A stretch of 64,000 bases of DNA. Source: the human T2T-CHM13v2.0 reference genome, Homo sapiens. Positions 1 to 15,100 of this stretch are shown piece after piece (position 1 is the first letter of the stretch; the number at the start of each line of letters is the position of its first letter). A model generated the notes under the pieces. That model searched no databases, was not told the DNA's origin, and saw only the letters and a list, made by a program, of their open reading frames with translations. The position numbers and the translations under genes were made by a program. The stretch is taken from assembly GCF_009914755.1 (NCBI RefSeq), contig NC_060925.1; one strand, written 5' to 3'.

Positions 1-1210
1 TGATAATCTTGAATATTTTAATGCTAGTGTTAATTATAATGAATATTGAAAACACAGAAAATGTTCATCAGTAGATGACATATGAATTAAATTTTATTCA
101 TGCAGTTATTAAAAACGATGGTTATAAAAATTCATAACAGAGGCTTTCTGCATATCACAGGGGTAGAAATGGAGGAAAAAGAGACTATAGAAAGGTAAAA
201 AAGAGAAAGACAGCAAGGGCCAGGGAAAAGCAAATCATTTAAGCCATTATCAATCTAGGATTTATCTGGACATTGAAGCTTTTTGTTTATCTTAAATACT
301 GGTTTTTAAAAGTGATTTTTGGAAGGAGAAATCTTTTTAATGGAAAATGAGGTCTTATATGGATTCCTAATATATAAAACTTATAAAATATATAAAATGG
401 TATTTTATTAATAATGCTTGAATTGACAAACTCAGATTCTTAACACATACTTAAAATAAGCTAATTAATAAGAGTGAGAGAGTTTTGATGAAATGAATAA
501 ACTGACACTAGGTTTTGTGGATGACAGTTGCCATCTAATGTTAAGTCTCAGCATCCATTTTATTTCTCAAACTGTAAAGTATGAAGAAACAACTGATTCC
601 TCCCAGTGAGTAATAGCAACATGTTTATATAGCTTTATAGAAGCAAATATATGCAATTTATAAAAGGAACAGTGCAAAGGCTAATCAATGACACACTTAA
701 AAGAAGGTTAAGTATGTGCATAAAGTTGGCAGGAAGAGTTGTATTCTGGCCTCTAAACAAAGACAAGTTAGCTTGGCAGCCCTTGTTAAGCTACATTCTC
801 TAATATGTTTGAAAATAGATGCATAACACATTTGAGTAAACCTTTAAAAATATATGCATATACTATCCATGATGCATAAATGAAATATAATCAAACATTA
901 ATATACTCTCTAAAAATGAAAAGCATTACATATATTGTACCTGATTTGAACTGTCATTTTCATAGATATATAGCATGTGTTTTGCTTTGCCAGGAAATGA
1001 TATTTATTATAAAGAAAGATGTAGATAAGTTATTCTGACTTATGTAATCTTGAAGAAAAGTTTTAAAGATAATATTCTTCTAAAAAATTGTAGTACTATT
1101 ATTTGTTATATTTGCTCTCTGGATTTCTGTTTCTAATACATGTAATAAATGTCAAATAATATAACAAGAACTACTGGTGTTCAGGGACAGAGTAAAGTGA
1201 GCTTGGGGAG

Positions 1211-1615
1211 TGTATTAGTCTGTTCTCACACTGCTATAAAGAGCTACCTGAGCCTGGATAAAGAGCTACCTGAGCCTGGGTAATTTATGAAGAAAAGAGG
1301 TTTAATTGACTCACAGTTCTACAGGCTGAACAGGAAGCATGACAGGGAGGCTTCAGGAAACTTATGATCGTGTTAGAAGATGAAGGGGAAGCAAGCACAT
1401 CTTCACATGGTGGCAGGAGAGAGAGAGAGAGAATGAAGGCGGAAGTGCCACACACTTTTAAAGCATCAGATCTCATGTAAACTCACTATTATGAGAACAG
1501 CAAGGGGAAAATCGGCCCCCATGATCCAATCACCTCCCACTAGGTCCCTCCCCCAGCATTGGGAATTACAATTCAACATGAGATTTGGGTGGGGACACAG
1601 AGCTAAATCATATCA
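1211..1615 (-). mobile_element. MaLR solo LTR (MSTA/THE1D-like)
   Basis: tgtattagtctgttctcacactgctataaag...ggggacacagagctaaatcatatca; flanked by 5-bp TSD gggag (1206-1210, 1616-1620); internal 22-bp tandem duplication at 1236-1279. Confidence 0.9.
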
Positions 1616-2435
1616 GGGAGCAAGGGCACACTTATGTGAAAGAACAGAAAGGATTAGAGTTGAGATATAAAGGTGAAGAGGAAAAGATTGGGAAGATGAT
1701 CCCAGGCTGGGAGATGGCATATGAAAAGAAGAAATGGTCTAAGTTGGAGTAATAGGATGAGGCTTACCTTCCTGTAATAAACAACTACAAAACTGGACAA
1801 AATATATAAAGCAATGTTTTCAGGAACTGAGCAACCTACAGAGCAGAGTAGCTATCCTTGAGAGAAGGTAAAGACTAGAGGTGAGCTTGACATTCATCAA
1901 GGTTTTCTGCCTTTCCAAATCATGGCACAAGGAAGTGGATCCCAAAAAGCAATAATCTTACTAAGCAGAGAAGCAGGGATTAGAGTTCGGGAATGCAGAT
2001 GTATTTAGAATTTGTGGGAAAGAGTCCCAGAGAAGCGTCCTTCTCTGTATAGAGTAGAGCTTCAAGAATCTTCATAGTGATCCCTTGAATTTTGGCTGAA
2101 TGCTAAGCTGCACATGCAAAGAGTGACTCCATGAGGTCTTGCAAAGAATAGCTACAGGGTTTTTTTTTTGAGCTAAAGAGTCTCCATAGGTTGCAAAGTG
2201 CTGAGGAACATTGGTTTTTTGACCAGCTAGAACACCAGAAACATTAGTTGAAACCCCAGAAAGGCCATACTTTAAGAGGTTTACTCCAGCCTCAGAATAA
2301 GGGCTACTCCTGATCTTTTCTAGTAAAGCTAAAACAAAGCATCAACACTGTCAATTTGACTTGCCAGTAAATTAATTGCCTTCCAAAACAAAACTCAACA
2401 CCCTTTAATATGATTCAGTCACACAACAACCTGAC

Positions 2436-2805
2436 TGTCTTAGCCTATTAGGACTGCTATAATGAAATACCATAAACTGGGTGATTTATAAATAACAGAC
2501 ATTTGTTTCTCACAGTTCTAAAAGCTGGGAAGCCCAAGATCAAGGCACTGGCCAATTTTGTATCTGACAAAGGCCTGCTTCCTAGTTCATAGAAGGGTGA
2601 CTTCTTGCTGTGTCCTTGCATGATGGAAGAGACTAACTAGCTCTATGTGGTCTCTTTTATAAGGGTGCTAATCCTAATTATGAGAGCACTGCCTTCATGA
2701 TCTAATCACCCCCAAAGGCCCCACCTCCTAATACCATCATCTTGGGAATTAGGATTTCAATATATAAATTTTAGGAGTGGGGAAACAAACATTCACACCA
2801 CAGCA
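2436..2805 (-). mobile_element. MaLR LTR (MSTD/MLT1A-like)
   Basis: tgtcttagcctattaggactgctataatgaaataccataaactggg...aaacattcacaccacagca. Confidence 0.8.
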
Positions 2806-3240
2806 ATAACATTCACAATGTTTGGCATCTCCTAAAAGATAGTTAACATTCAAAGAAGCAGAAAAATGTGACCTATAATAAATAGAAAAATCAGTCAATA
2901 TAAACAGATCAAGAAATGACAAAGATGATGGAATCATTAGAAAAAGCTTATATAGAAATTATATATATATGTTTAGAAAGTACATATATATGATTAAAAT
3001 TTTATAGGAACAAATAAATATAATAAGGAAAGAAATGGGTAAAGTAAAAAAGAAACAAATGGTACTCACAGAGCTAAAAATACAATTAACCAAATGGAAA
3101 ATTCATTAGGTGAGTTAAACAACAGATTAGACACTGAAGAAAAAATGATAAGTGATCTTAAAGACATAGCAACAGAAACTATCCAAGATAAAGACTTTTA
3201 AAAAAAGACTGAAATAATATGAAAAAAGCCTCAATTACCT

Positions 3241-3413
3241 CTGAACAGCCTTTATAGGCTTGCACATTTTCAGTAACATAGGCTCCACACTCAGGAGGGG
3301 CCTCACTAGGTTTAGTGCTGTGTCATTGCCTCTTAACATTCTCAACAATTTTTGAATAAAGAGTCTCTCATTTTTATTTTGCACTGGCCCTCCAAACTAT
3401 GTAGCTGGTCCTG
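3241..3413. mobile_element. MER45A-like hAT DNA transposon (non-autonomous)
   Basis: Ends ttttgcactggccctccaaactatgtagctggtcctg, matching the recalled MER45A terminus. Confidence 0.6.
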
Positions 3414-4154
3414 ACTAGAGGATAATATTAAACAGTCTGACATGCATGTACTTTGAGTCCTAGAACTCTCTGAGGACAATGGGAGATACAAAAATATTTG
3501 AAGACTAATGGTAGGAATATTTCCAAATTCCTTGATATAAATCTGCTGGCTCAAAAAGCTAAGGAAACTACATTAAAAAAAGGAAGAAGACAGTACTACA
3601 GATAATCATAATCAAATAGCTGAAAATCAGTAATAAAGAGAAAAACTTAAACGCATCCAGAGAAAAGTTAATATGGGGGAACAAAAAAGAATTACCACAG
3701 ATTTCTCTTCAGAAATCATTCAAGCCAGAGACAATGGAGCAATATCTTTAGTGCTAAAAGAAAAAAAAGTAAAACCTTTAACCTAACATTTTATATCAGG
3801 CAAACATCCTTCAAAATTAAAGACTTATTCAGACAAAAAATTCCTTAGGGATTTCATCACCAGCAGGCCTAAACTACAGGGAATATTAAAAGAACATTTT
3901 CAGGCTAAAGAAAAATGATAGCAGATGGAAATCTGGATATATAAAAAGCAATTAAGAGCATTATAAATAGTAAGTAAAAAACTCAAGATTCTTTAAAGAC
4001 AACATAATCCAAGCTTTCAGCAATACAGAACTCATAATAATCAGAAGGCAATTGATAATTAGTGCTAGTCAACATATAAGGGAGCAGGAAAATGTGACCT
4101 ATTGCCAGAAGAAAAAATCATCAATAGAAGCTAATGAGAATGTGAGACCATGGA

Positions 4155-6190
<2,036 letters not shown>

Positions 6191-6479
6191 TTACTATATT
6201 TCTAAGTAACGGAGCACCCTAAAATGGGTAGAAGAGAAGGTGACATGTAAACAGTGGGTTTTAGAAGGTAATGTGGAAATGAATAGGAGGGCAGACAGTA
6301 AAGAATGGAAAGATGATTCCTATTTCCCATCCTCTCTCTCTCTCTTGCTTGCCACTTCCCCACACTTCCCCGCCCCTCCCCCCACCACCACCGCATAGCC
6401 CATGTCTCACCTGTGCTCATTTTAAAATTAGAGCTTTTAGGTCTTGAGGAATGGTGGAAGATGAGTGGTGTGAAACACT

Positions 6480-6960
6480 ATCTTAGGCTGGAGTTTCCTG
6501 GAAGCAAATGCTGGGCCAAGGATTCACGTGTAAGTAATGTATTAATTCTCCCAGTAAAACCAGTAAAAGGGTAAAAGAAGCAGGATAGGAAGGAAAGTGA
6601 CAAAGCCAAGCAAAGGTCCAATTCCATGTGATGTCTCAGACTCAGCCCGATTCTGAGGAGGCTCTGGAGAGAAAATGACATTTCAGGGTTTGTTCCCTTC
6701 CTCTCCGTATCCTACAAGAGCTGGGCTTTTGTATTTCACACCAGTTAGTCACTGGCCAAGGGCCAGCATGGTGGGGGATGCAAATTCCCAGATCTTTCTG
6801 TTCTCCATGTGGGCAAGGAGGCTTTAGTGCCCATGGGCAATTCTTTGAGGACCCTGGGTGATAACCCTTAGTAGCAGAGCATGTGGAGGCTGGGGATGGA
6901 CACATAGCACAGATAAGAGAGATCTGAGGGGATCTGGGCAGAGTATCAGCTGTATCCATC
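6480..6960. mobile_element. Old MaLR LTR (MLT1I/J/K-like)
   Basis: tcttaggctggagtttcctggaagcaaatgctgggccaaggattc start motif; degenerate. Confidence 0.55.
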
Positions 6961-7489
6961 ACAACCAAGGTTCAATTTACATAGGGAACCAGGGAGCCTC
7001 ATGGGAGGGAATTCCATGGAATTCTCATGGGAGCCTAGGGAAGAGAAAATGTAAGTATTAAAGTTTAGACCTAAGAAATTGTGCTTCTGTTAAAAGGAGA
7101 AGGCTACTGAGCACAGCACTACATTTTCGTATTGGACTTCAGTCTGATTCCTTGAACTTATGGGCCTTTGAGTGGAAAGACTCTCTCATGGGAGTCAGTG
7201 AGTCCATAAAAAGTCCATTTCACTATGAATTTGGTAGAAGCCAAAGATGGCAAAGCCTCGAAAATCTTGGTGTTTTTATGGCTCTTGTATTGAGGCACAT
7301 TAACCCAATATGATCTCAATCAGTGCTACTTTAGGAATCTTATGGAGTTCACTCAATAGACACTTCTAGTGTCTAAAAAAAATAAAAAATAACTTACATT
7401 GGGATTCTTCTTAGGGGATGACCTCATAATGGCAGGTGATGGATGTGGTAAAAAGAATCTTTTAAAGATTACTTTGAAACAATGGTTGG

Positions 7490-7640
7490 AATTATTTGGG
7501 GGAGCTTTTAAAAATCCTATGCCCAGGTCCCATTCCATATCAATGAAATCAGATTCTCTGGACTGGGACCCAGAAAACAGCATCTTTTAAAAAACTTCCC
7601 AGGCCATTTCAGTATGCAACAAAGTTTGCGAAGCACAGCT
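7490..7640. mobile_element. MER5-like hAT-Charlie MITE
   Basis: atgaaatcagattctctggactgggacccagaaaacagcatcttttaaaaaacttcccagg. Confidence 0.6.
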
Positions 7641-7817
7641 TAAAAATGATACCCTAAGTGGTTACTTTGTGGATCACAATCATTTACCTGCACTTAAATA
7701 GAAAGTAGTATTATTATATAAATGTGTTTTTTATGCCTTGAAATAAGATTTATTCTGATTGTATCACACACATATTAAAAAAGTGTGTATCTCTAATGAC
7801 TTAGAGGTAAGATGCTC

Positions 7818-8381
7818 TGATGGTTAATTTTGTGTGTCAACTAGACCGTGGGGTATTCAGATATTGGGTGAAACATTATTCGGGGTGTTTATGTGAGGAT
7901 GTTCTAAATATTGGGGATGAGATAAATATTTCGATAGGTAGACTTTAACATTGGATTAGATTAACATTTTAATCAGCAGAGAAAAGGAGATTGCCTTCCA
8001 TAATGTGAGTAGGCTTCATCCAACCAGTTGAAGGCCTGAATAGAACAAAAACACTGATCTTCCCCTAAGTCAGAGATAATTCTCTAGCTGACTACCTTCT
8101 GATTTCATCTGCAGTATTGACTCTTCCTGTCTGATGGTCTTTGAACTAAAACTTTGGCTTTCCCTGGGTCAATTGGCCCACCCTGCAGATTTTGGGTTTC
8201 CCATCCTCCATAATTGCCTGATCCAATTCCTGGTAATAAATCTTTCTCTCTCCCTCTCTCCATATATATATATATATATATATGTCTCTGTGTGTGTTTG
8301 TGTGTGTATGCATAGGCATGTATAGACACACACATATATATACACATTAATTTTTCCCCCAGAGGACCCTTGATGAATACA
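7818..8381 (+). mobile_element. ERVL LTR (MLT2D-like) with internal (TA)n/(TG)n tract
   Basis: tgatggttaattttgtgtgtcaactagac start; microsatellite near the 3' end as usual for MLT2. Confidence 0.8.
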
Positions 8382-8870
8382 AATGGTAACTCTGGAAAAC
8401 TGTTACTTGTTTCAGAAAAGCGGCTCCAGTGATTAATAAGATTTTGATGTTAAGAGGCACGTGGAGTTTGAATAAAATTATTTCATAAAATTTGCAGGTG
8501 GAAAAAAGTAATATTTTAAATGTAATGCTTTCATTCACAGGGTGTGTTATTTAAAATAAATATGCAACTAAATCAAATGCATACATATTTAACTTTTAAA
8601 ATTTATTTTTTTATTAGTATATATTTTCAAGTCAGGCTCTTGTCGTCATTTTTATTGTATATGTCTTCCCATATGGATATCGAAGGATCACATTGTATTC
8701 TGGGTTGTTTTATGTTCAGGCATATAGGGTAACTAGTCCTGTTGGGCCTCAATTTTCTTACCTATAATAGAGAATAAAATAGTATATCCTTTAAGGTTAT
8801 TGTGGGAATGAAATTAGATAAGTAAAGTGTTTAGCATTACTGTTAATAATAACTCAGTAATTATGTAGTT

Positions 8871-8965
8871 GTATATATATATACTTTATATATATACATA
8901 TGTGTGTGTGTATATAGATACTTTATATATATATACATATGTGTGTGTGTATATATATATATACA
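8871..8965. repeat. Compound (TA)n/(TG)n microsatellite, duplicated ~40-bp unit
   Basis: tactttatatatatacatatgtgtgtgtgtatatag repeated twice. Confidence 0.85.
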
Positions 8966-9489
8966 CAAAGTATGTTTTCAGGGTAAAGTTGAAGAAAGAA
9001 TTGGTAGAGTCAAATTATTTTTTTTGCAGAGTTTGAAAAATTGTTAGAATTTATATTTAAGCCAGATTTTATTATTTTGACGTCATTTGACCAGATGATG
9101 TCTTCCGGCAAACACAAGGACACATTCTACATCATGTAATTTTTTTATTTTTTGGCAGAAGGAGAATGCAGTTGTTCTACCATTCTTCCCTTTGGATAGA
9201 AAAATCATCTTGAGTAATGAGCTTATTGCCCATTCTGTGAATGCAAAACTATTAATTCTTAGTGTAAGCCTGAGAGAGAGAGTACACACTGCATCAACTG
9301 TTTTGGAACATATTAAATATTGTATAATTCTTAATTGATTTCAGGAACAAGAAAGCCCTCTCTATAAGCAGGATAAGCCTCCTTCTGAAGGCCCTAACAA
9401 TAACTTCTCAGAGACAAATCTTATTTCTACATTTAATTTTTGTCTAAAAATTGTAACGGCATATTCTTATTATCAATAATTTATTCGGA

Positions 9490-11153
9490 GCCCAACTTTC
9501 CACTTAAACCTTCCATCAGGAGAGAGGACAAGATAGACAACCAGACACAGCCAGGAAGTACTACTTCCACTGATAAAGACTAGAATTTCTAATAAACCAA
9601 TATAATTTGAGCAGATCTTCAGAGAGAAAATGCCAAGAGTAGGGGGAGATGCAACACAGACACTGAGACTGAAGAGGGAAGAAACTGGGAACCCTGTACA
9701 GGGTACCCCAAAGCCAGGGCTAGTTTCCAGTCCCAAACAGTTCCTGGGCAAGGAGGGAGTAAAGAGACTGTGGGACTGTCCACTCTTGCTACAGATGTTT
9801 GAGGTTTTAGCTCCAGGGGACCCCATATCTCCTATGGATGTTTCAGCTGGCAGAGGGATCTGCCTGGAGAGTAGACACAGAAATACAAAAGATCCTCAGA
9901 GAATGTTATGAACTCTATGCACACACATTAGAAAATCTATAAATGGATAAATCTCTGGAAACATGCAAACTTCCAAGATTGAATTAGGAAGGGATTGAAA
10001 TCCTGAAAAAGACTGATATTGAGCTCTGAAATCGAGTAAGTAATAAAAAGCATACCAACCAAAAAAAGCCTTGGACCAGATGGTTTTATAGCCAAATTCT
10101 ACCAGGCTTACAAAGAAGAACTGGTACCAATCCTACCAAAACTATTTCCAAAAATCAAAGAGGAGGGACTTCTCCCTAACTCATTCTATGAAGCCAACAT
10201 CAGCTTGATACCTAAATCTGGCAGAGACACAATAAAGAAAGAAATCTTCAGGCCAATATCCCTGATGAACATAGATGCAAAAATCCTCAACAAAATACTA
10301 GTAAATTGAATTCTGCAGCACATAAAAAAATTAATATATCTCGATAAAATATATGTTATTTCTGGGATGTAAGGCTGGTTCAACATACGCAAATTAATAA
10401 ATGTGATTCACCACTTAAACAGAATTAAAAGCAAAAACCATATGATCATCTCAGTAGATGCGGAAAAAGCTTTTGATAAAATCCAACATCCCTTCATGAT
10501 AAAAACCCTCAACAGACTGCAGGCATTGAGCAGATATACCATGAAAGAACATACCTCAAAATAATTAGGGCCATCTATGACAAACCCACAGCCAACATTA
10601 TACTGAATGGGCAACAGCTAGAACCATTCCCTTTGAGAACTGGAACAAAACAAGGATGCCCACTCTCACTCCACCTATTCAACAGTGCTGGAAGTCTTAT
10701 CCAGAGCAATCAGTCAGGAGAAAGAAATGAAAGGCATCCAAATAGGAAAAGAAGTCAAACTATTTCTCTTTGCTGATGGTATTATTCCACACCTAGAAAA
10801 CCCTAAAGACTCCACAAAAAGACTCCTAGAACTGATAAATAACATCAGTAAAGTTACAGTATACAAAATTAATGTACAAAAATCAGTACCATTTCCATAC
10901 ACCAATAACATCCACTCTGAGAGTCAAATCAAGAACATGATTTTATTTACAATAGCCACAGAGAAAATGAAATACCTAGGAATACAGCTGACCAAGCAGA
11001 TGAAAGAGCTCTACAAGGAGATCTACATAACATTGCTAAAAGGAATCAGAGACTACACAAACAAATGGAGAAACATTCCATGTTCATGGATAGAAAGAAT
11101 CAATATTGTTAAAATGGCCACAGTGCCCAAAGCAATGTACAGATTCAATGATT
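9490..11153 (+). mobile_element. L1 (L1PB-like): 5'UTR-like segment joined directly to ORF2 RT region
   Basis: 9881-11153 is L1 ORF2 (ORF 10685-11203: [31 protein letters not shown]...KYLGIQLTK...[14 protein letters not shown]); 9490-9880 resembles a primate L1 5' end; ORF1 and the endonuclease region are missing. Confidence 0.8.
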
Positions 11154-11427
11154 ATATTAGGCTGTTTTCACACTGCTATAAAGGTATACCTGTGACTGGG
11201 TAATTTATAAACAAAATAGGTTTAATTGACTCACAGTTCTGCATGGCTGAGGAGGCCTCAGGGAACTTACAATTATGGAGGAAGGTGAAGGAGAAGCAAG
11301 AACCTTCTTCACAGGTGACAGGAGAGAGACAGAGTGAGAAGGGAGAAGCGCCAGACACTTATCAAACAACCAGATCTTGTGAGAACTCCCTCACTATCAC
11401 AAGAACAGCATGGGGAAAACTGTCCCT
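11154..11427 (-). mobile_element. Partial MaLR LTR (MSTA-like)
   Basis: tatattaggctgttttcacactgctataaaggtatacctgtgactgggtaattt; cut off by the next LTR. Confidence 0.8.
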
Positions 11428-11925
11428 GTATTAGTCTGTTCTCACACTACTATAAAGAACTGCCTGCAAGTAGGTAATTTATAAAGAAAAGAGGTTTAAT
11501 TTACTCACAGTTCCATGTTGCTGAGGAGGCCTCAGGAAACTTACAATCATGGCAGAAGGCACCTCTTCACACAGCAGCAGGAGAGAGAATGCGTGCTGAG
11601 TTAAGGGAGAAGCCCCTTATAAAACCATCAGATCTCCTGAGAACTCACTCACTATCCTGAGAATAGCATGGGGAAACCACTCCCGTGATTTAATTACCTC
11701 CACCTGGTACTGCCTTTGACACGTGGGGATTATTACAATTCAAGATGAGATTTGAGTGGGGACACAGAGCCAAACCATATCGTTCTGCCCCAACCCCTCC
11801 CAAATCTCATGTTCTCACATTTCAAACGCAATTATGCCTTTCCAACAGTCTCCCAAAGTCTTAACTCATTATAGCACTAACCTAAAAGTCCAAGTCCAAA
11901 GTCTCATCTGAGATAAGGCAAGGTG
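11428..11925 (-). mobile_element. THE1D/MST LTR (11428-~11782) plus adjacent MaLR internal sequence
   Basis: tgtattagtctgttctcacactactataaag...gacacagagccaaaccatatc, then THE1/MST-int-like cccaaagtcttaactcatt...aaagtccaagtccaaagtctcatctgagataaggcaag. Confidence 0.85.
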
Positions 11926-12117
11926 GTTCACATACTAGAGGGCCTTAAATGACAAGTTCAGAAGTGTGGACTTGATTCGGAAAGCAGGAGAGATTTCTAG
12001 AGCATACTCTGGTTTTAGAGCTTTGTCTTTGCACAGGCTTATCTCATTGCCAATTCCCATCTCTCCACTTGTTTGCCTGCTTTAGTGAGTATTGAAACAA
12101 AGATTTTGTATTCTTGG

Positions 12118-15100
12118 TGTAAGGAAAATGGATGTACTGTGGTCAAGAATAGGCTGAGGCAGACATCTGGTCCAGCATGACTCAGTGAGTTTGGAGTGCA
12201 GGTGCACAACTTTGCACGTTATGTAACCATGCCATGTGAGGCACATTATGTAACCACACTACGTGAAGTGCATTAAGTAACCACTCACATGAGCTTGTGC
12301 TTGGCTCAGAGCCACTACTGTCTGTAAAAGATACAATTACTCTGTGAATGCTGTACATATGGCTTGTGCCCAGGTCAGCTCATGCCCGTGCTCACACCCA
12401 GGCTCACTCATGCCCAGGGATAGAGTAAAGCCATGTCAAAACTGTTTATGTTTATGATTCCTTGAGTGTTTTTCCAGCTACCTGCCACCCCATCAGCTCC
12501 CCTTGGACCTCAGTTAGAACCTAATGATTGGCATCACAAACAGGATCCCAAGGTGGGTGAGACTTCGGTCCCCGCTGATTCTGGGTTGGCCATGTGGCTG
12601 CAATATGGGTTGTGGTACCTGGTGGCAGCTCTGCTGCTTGGATGGGCTCCGGTGGAAACCGGGGTGGCAGTAGATGGGTCCCCTGTCAGCATGGAGAAAG
12701 CTCTGGAGCAGCTGGAAGCAGAGAGCACCAAGAAGGAATAAGCCTTTGCTGCCAGAGTTGGATGGGCATTTTTGACTGCGCTATGAGAAGTACACACCCA
12801 GTCCCTTAGGGATGCAGCAGAAGTAAGGGCCCTCCAGGCACAGGTAGGGTGCCTGGAGGCCCGGCTACACAGCTCAGAAAAAGAGAAGCTGCTGTGAATG
12901 CGGACCTTCAGGTGCAGGTGGAGTGCCTGCTGGTCCTGCTACAGAGCTTGTAAAAGGAATTAGAGGCTGCTGTGAATGCAGGCCTGGGTCCATCTTCTTG
13001 GCCAGAGACCCCTAGTTGGTCTGGGTTCACACCATGAAGAAGGGGAAGATGCCCCGCCTGCAGGGGCTGTCCCCCACAGGAGGAAAGGGGGCCCCAATGA
13101 GTGACACGCTCACAGATGTGGATAGATTTTATTTTGGCTGTGGTTGACTGAGAGAAAATTGAAAAGGAGCTCAATGAAGTACTCTTAACTTTGTGGAGAC
13201 AGTTGTCTCCAGAGCAACAATTCCAGAAAATGCCAAAGGGAGAGAAGGACATTGCTGTGTGACACAGTCTTGCCTGTGTGTTCCAGCTCAAATACTACGT
13301 GCTGCAGCCAGGTGGAAATGTAGAGCCTTTTCTGTTTGATTAGGGAACTGGCCGAGGTGCTTGGCTTGGGGGGGACACCGGATTACTGGAGGCCACGTGT
13401 GGACTGGTTCCTGAACCTGGATAAGTTTCTGGGCAAGGCTGCATAGACGGTTATGAAAACCAGCCAGTGAAAGTGAAACCTGTATCTTTGCACCTTGGCA
13501 TTGGCTGCTCGGCTCCCTGCTTATGCATTGTGTATGTCTCTCCCATACCGGAATACATTCTGGGGGTGGATATTTTACATGGCTTGGCAGCTGTGCCGTC
13601 TATTATAGATCTGATAGACTGCTTGACAGAACTGAGACAGTAACACTATATGGTGGACTTGGATAATGCATTTTCAGAGAGCCAGGAACAGTTTGCCTTT
13701 ATGGGAGGGTGACAGTAGACTTTCACAGTGTTGCTGCAGGACTATGTGCATAGCCCCACCGTATGTCATGGTCTTGTTAATAATATTATTCAAGGTTTTG
13801 TTAATGATATTAGGCTAACCTCTGATTCTCTTGCAGATTTAGAAGCTGCAATGCTCCTCTTGCCTGAGATTGAGACGGTGCCGCTGAGACTGCTGTCCTG
13901 GCAGCCAAGTGGGCTATTCAGCAGGCACAAGCCCTACGGTTAATTAACCAGGACATCCATTTAAACTTGATGTTCATGTGACCACAGATAGTTTTGGCTG
14001 AGGCCTATAGCAGCGCATGGAGTGCTTGAGAATGCCAATAGGCTTTCAGTCCCAACTTTGGAAAGGAGCTGAATTCCAGTATTCATTGATAGAGAAGGAG
14101 TTAGTAACTGCATATGCTGCCCTTTAGGCTCATGAGAGCATGGCAGGACAGGCTACAGTCGTTGTGCTGATGACTTACTTGACAGTGGGAGGGGTGCATT
14201 CATGGATAATGACCCCTCAGGCTGGGATGGTGCAGACTTCCACTTTAGCAAAGTAAGGCACCTACTTAGAGCAGCGGAATACGCTGGGTATAAGTCCCTT
14301 AGCAGCAGAGTTGCAAGAGATCTTGGGAACTGTAGTCCTAATGCAAGATAAGGCCATGGTGCCTGAGGCACCTCTAGACCCTGAGCCTTCACCATTTAAG
14401 GAAGGGTGTCCCCACATTCCTGATGAAGCATGATACACAGATGGGTCTAGCCAAAGTGCTGCTTCTGACTGGACCACTGTCGCAGTCCACCCTAGTACTG
14501 ACAGCATATGGTTTGAAACTGGGTGTGGGCAAAGTAGCCAATGGGCTGAACTTAGAGCAGTATACATGGTGATCACCAAGGAGGTGACACCTATGTTAGT
14601 CTGCACCCATAGCTGGGCAGTTTATTAAGGTTTAACCTTGTGGTTAACTACCTGGAAGTTACAGAATTGGCTAGTTGATCACCAGCCCATGTGGGAGCAG
14701 GCCATGTGGCAAGACCTATGGGAGAAAGGATGACCTCATCCGACCAGGTATAGGGATGAATGGTAACCTGTTATTGTCTCCCCCATTGCCCCTAAAGGTA
14801 GGGGAACAAAAATCCTGGCTTAATATATAAAGCAACATTGGGGTAACGTCACCATGGGGTGGTTGCCCACATATGTCGGACCTGTGTGTCTGGGGCCTGT
14901 GTATCAGGCCTGTGTGCCCAGGGCCTATGTGTCAGACCTATGTGTCAAGCCTGTGCTGGGCCTGTGTACTCAAAACTGATGTGTCCAAGACCTGTATGTT
15001 CAAGACCTATGCCTCCCTCGGCCTAGGAGGTGGACTGTAAGGAAAATGGATGTACTGTGGTCAAGAATAGGCTGAGGCAGGTATCCAGTCTAGCATGACT

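Larger units (their letters stand above)
1735..4130 (+). mobile_element. Old L1 (L1M) 5'UTR/ORF1 fragments, interrupted by younger elements
   Basis: A-rich ORF1-like tracts (aacagattagacactgaagaaaaaatgataagtgatcttaaagac; gatttctcttcagaaatcattcaagccagagacaatggagcaatatcttt). Confidence 0.7.

Noticed and set aside
10685-11203. 172-aa reverse-transcriptase-like ORF
   Set aside because: Decayed L1 ORF2 (FADD->FADG), frameshifted upstream and ending in an MST LTR.
12466-12741. ORF with hydrophobic segment as a domesticated retroviral protein
   Set aside because: Short gag N-terminal remnant ending in a premature stop; no evidence of preservation.
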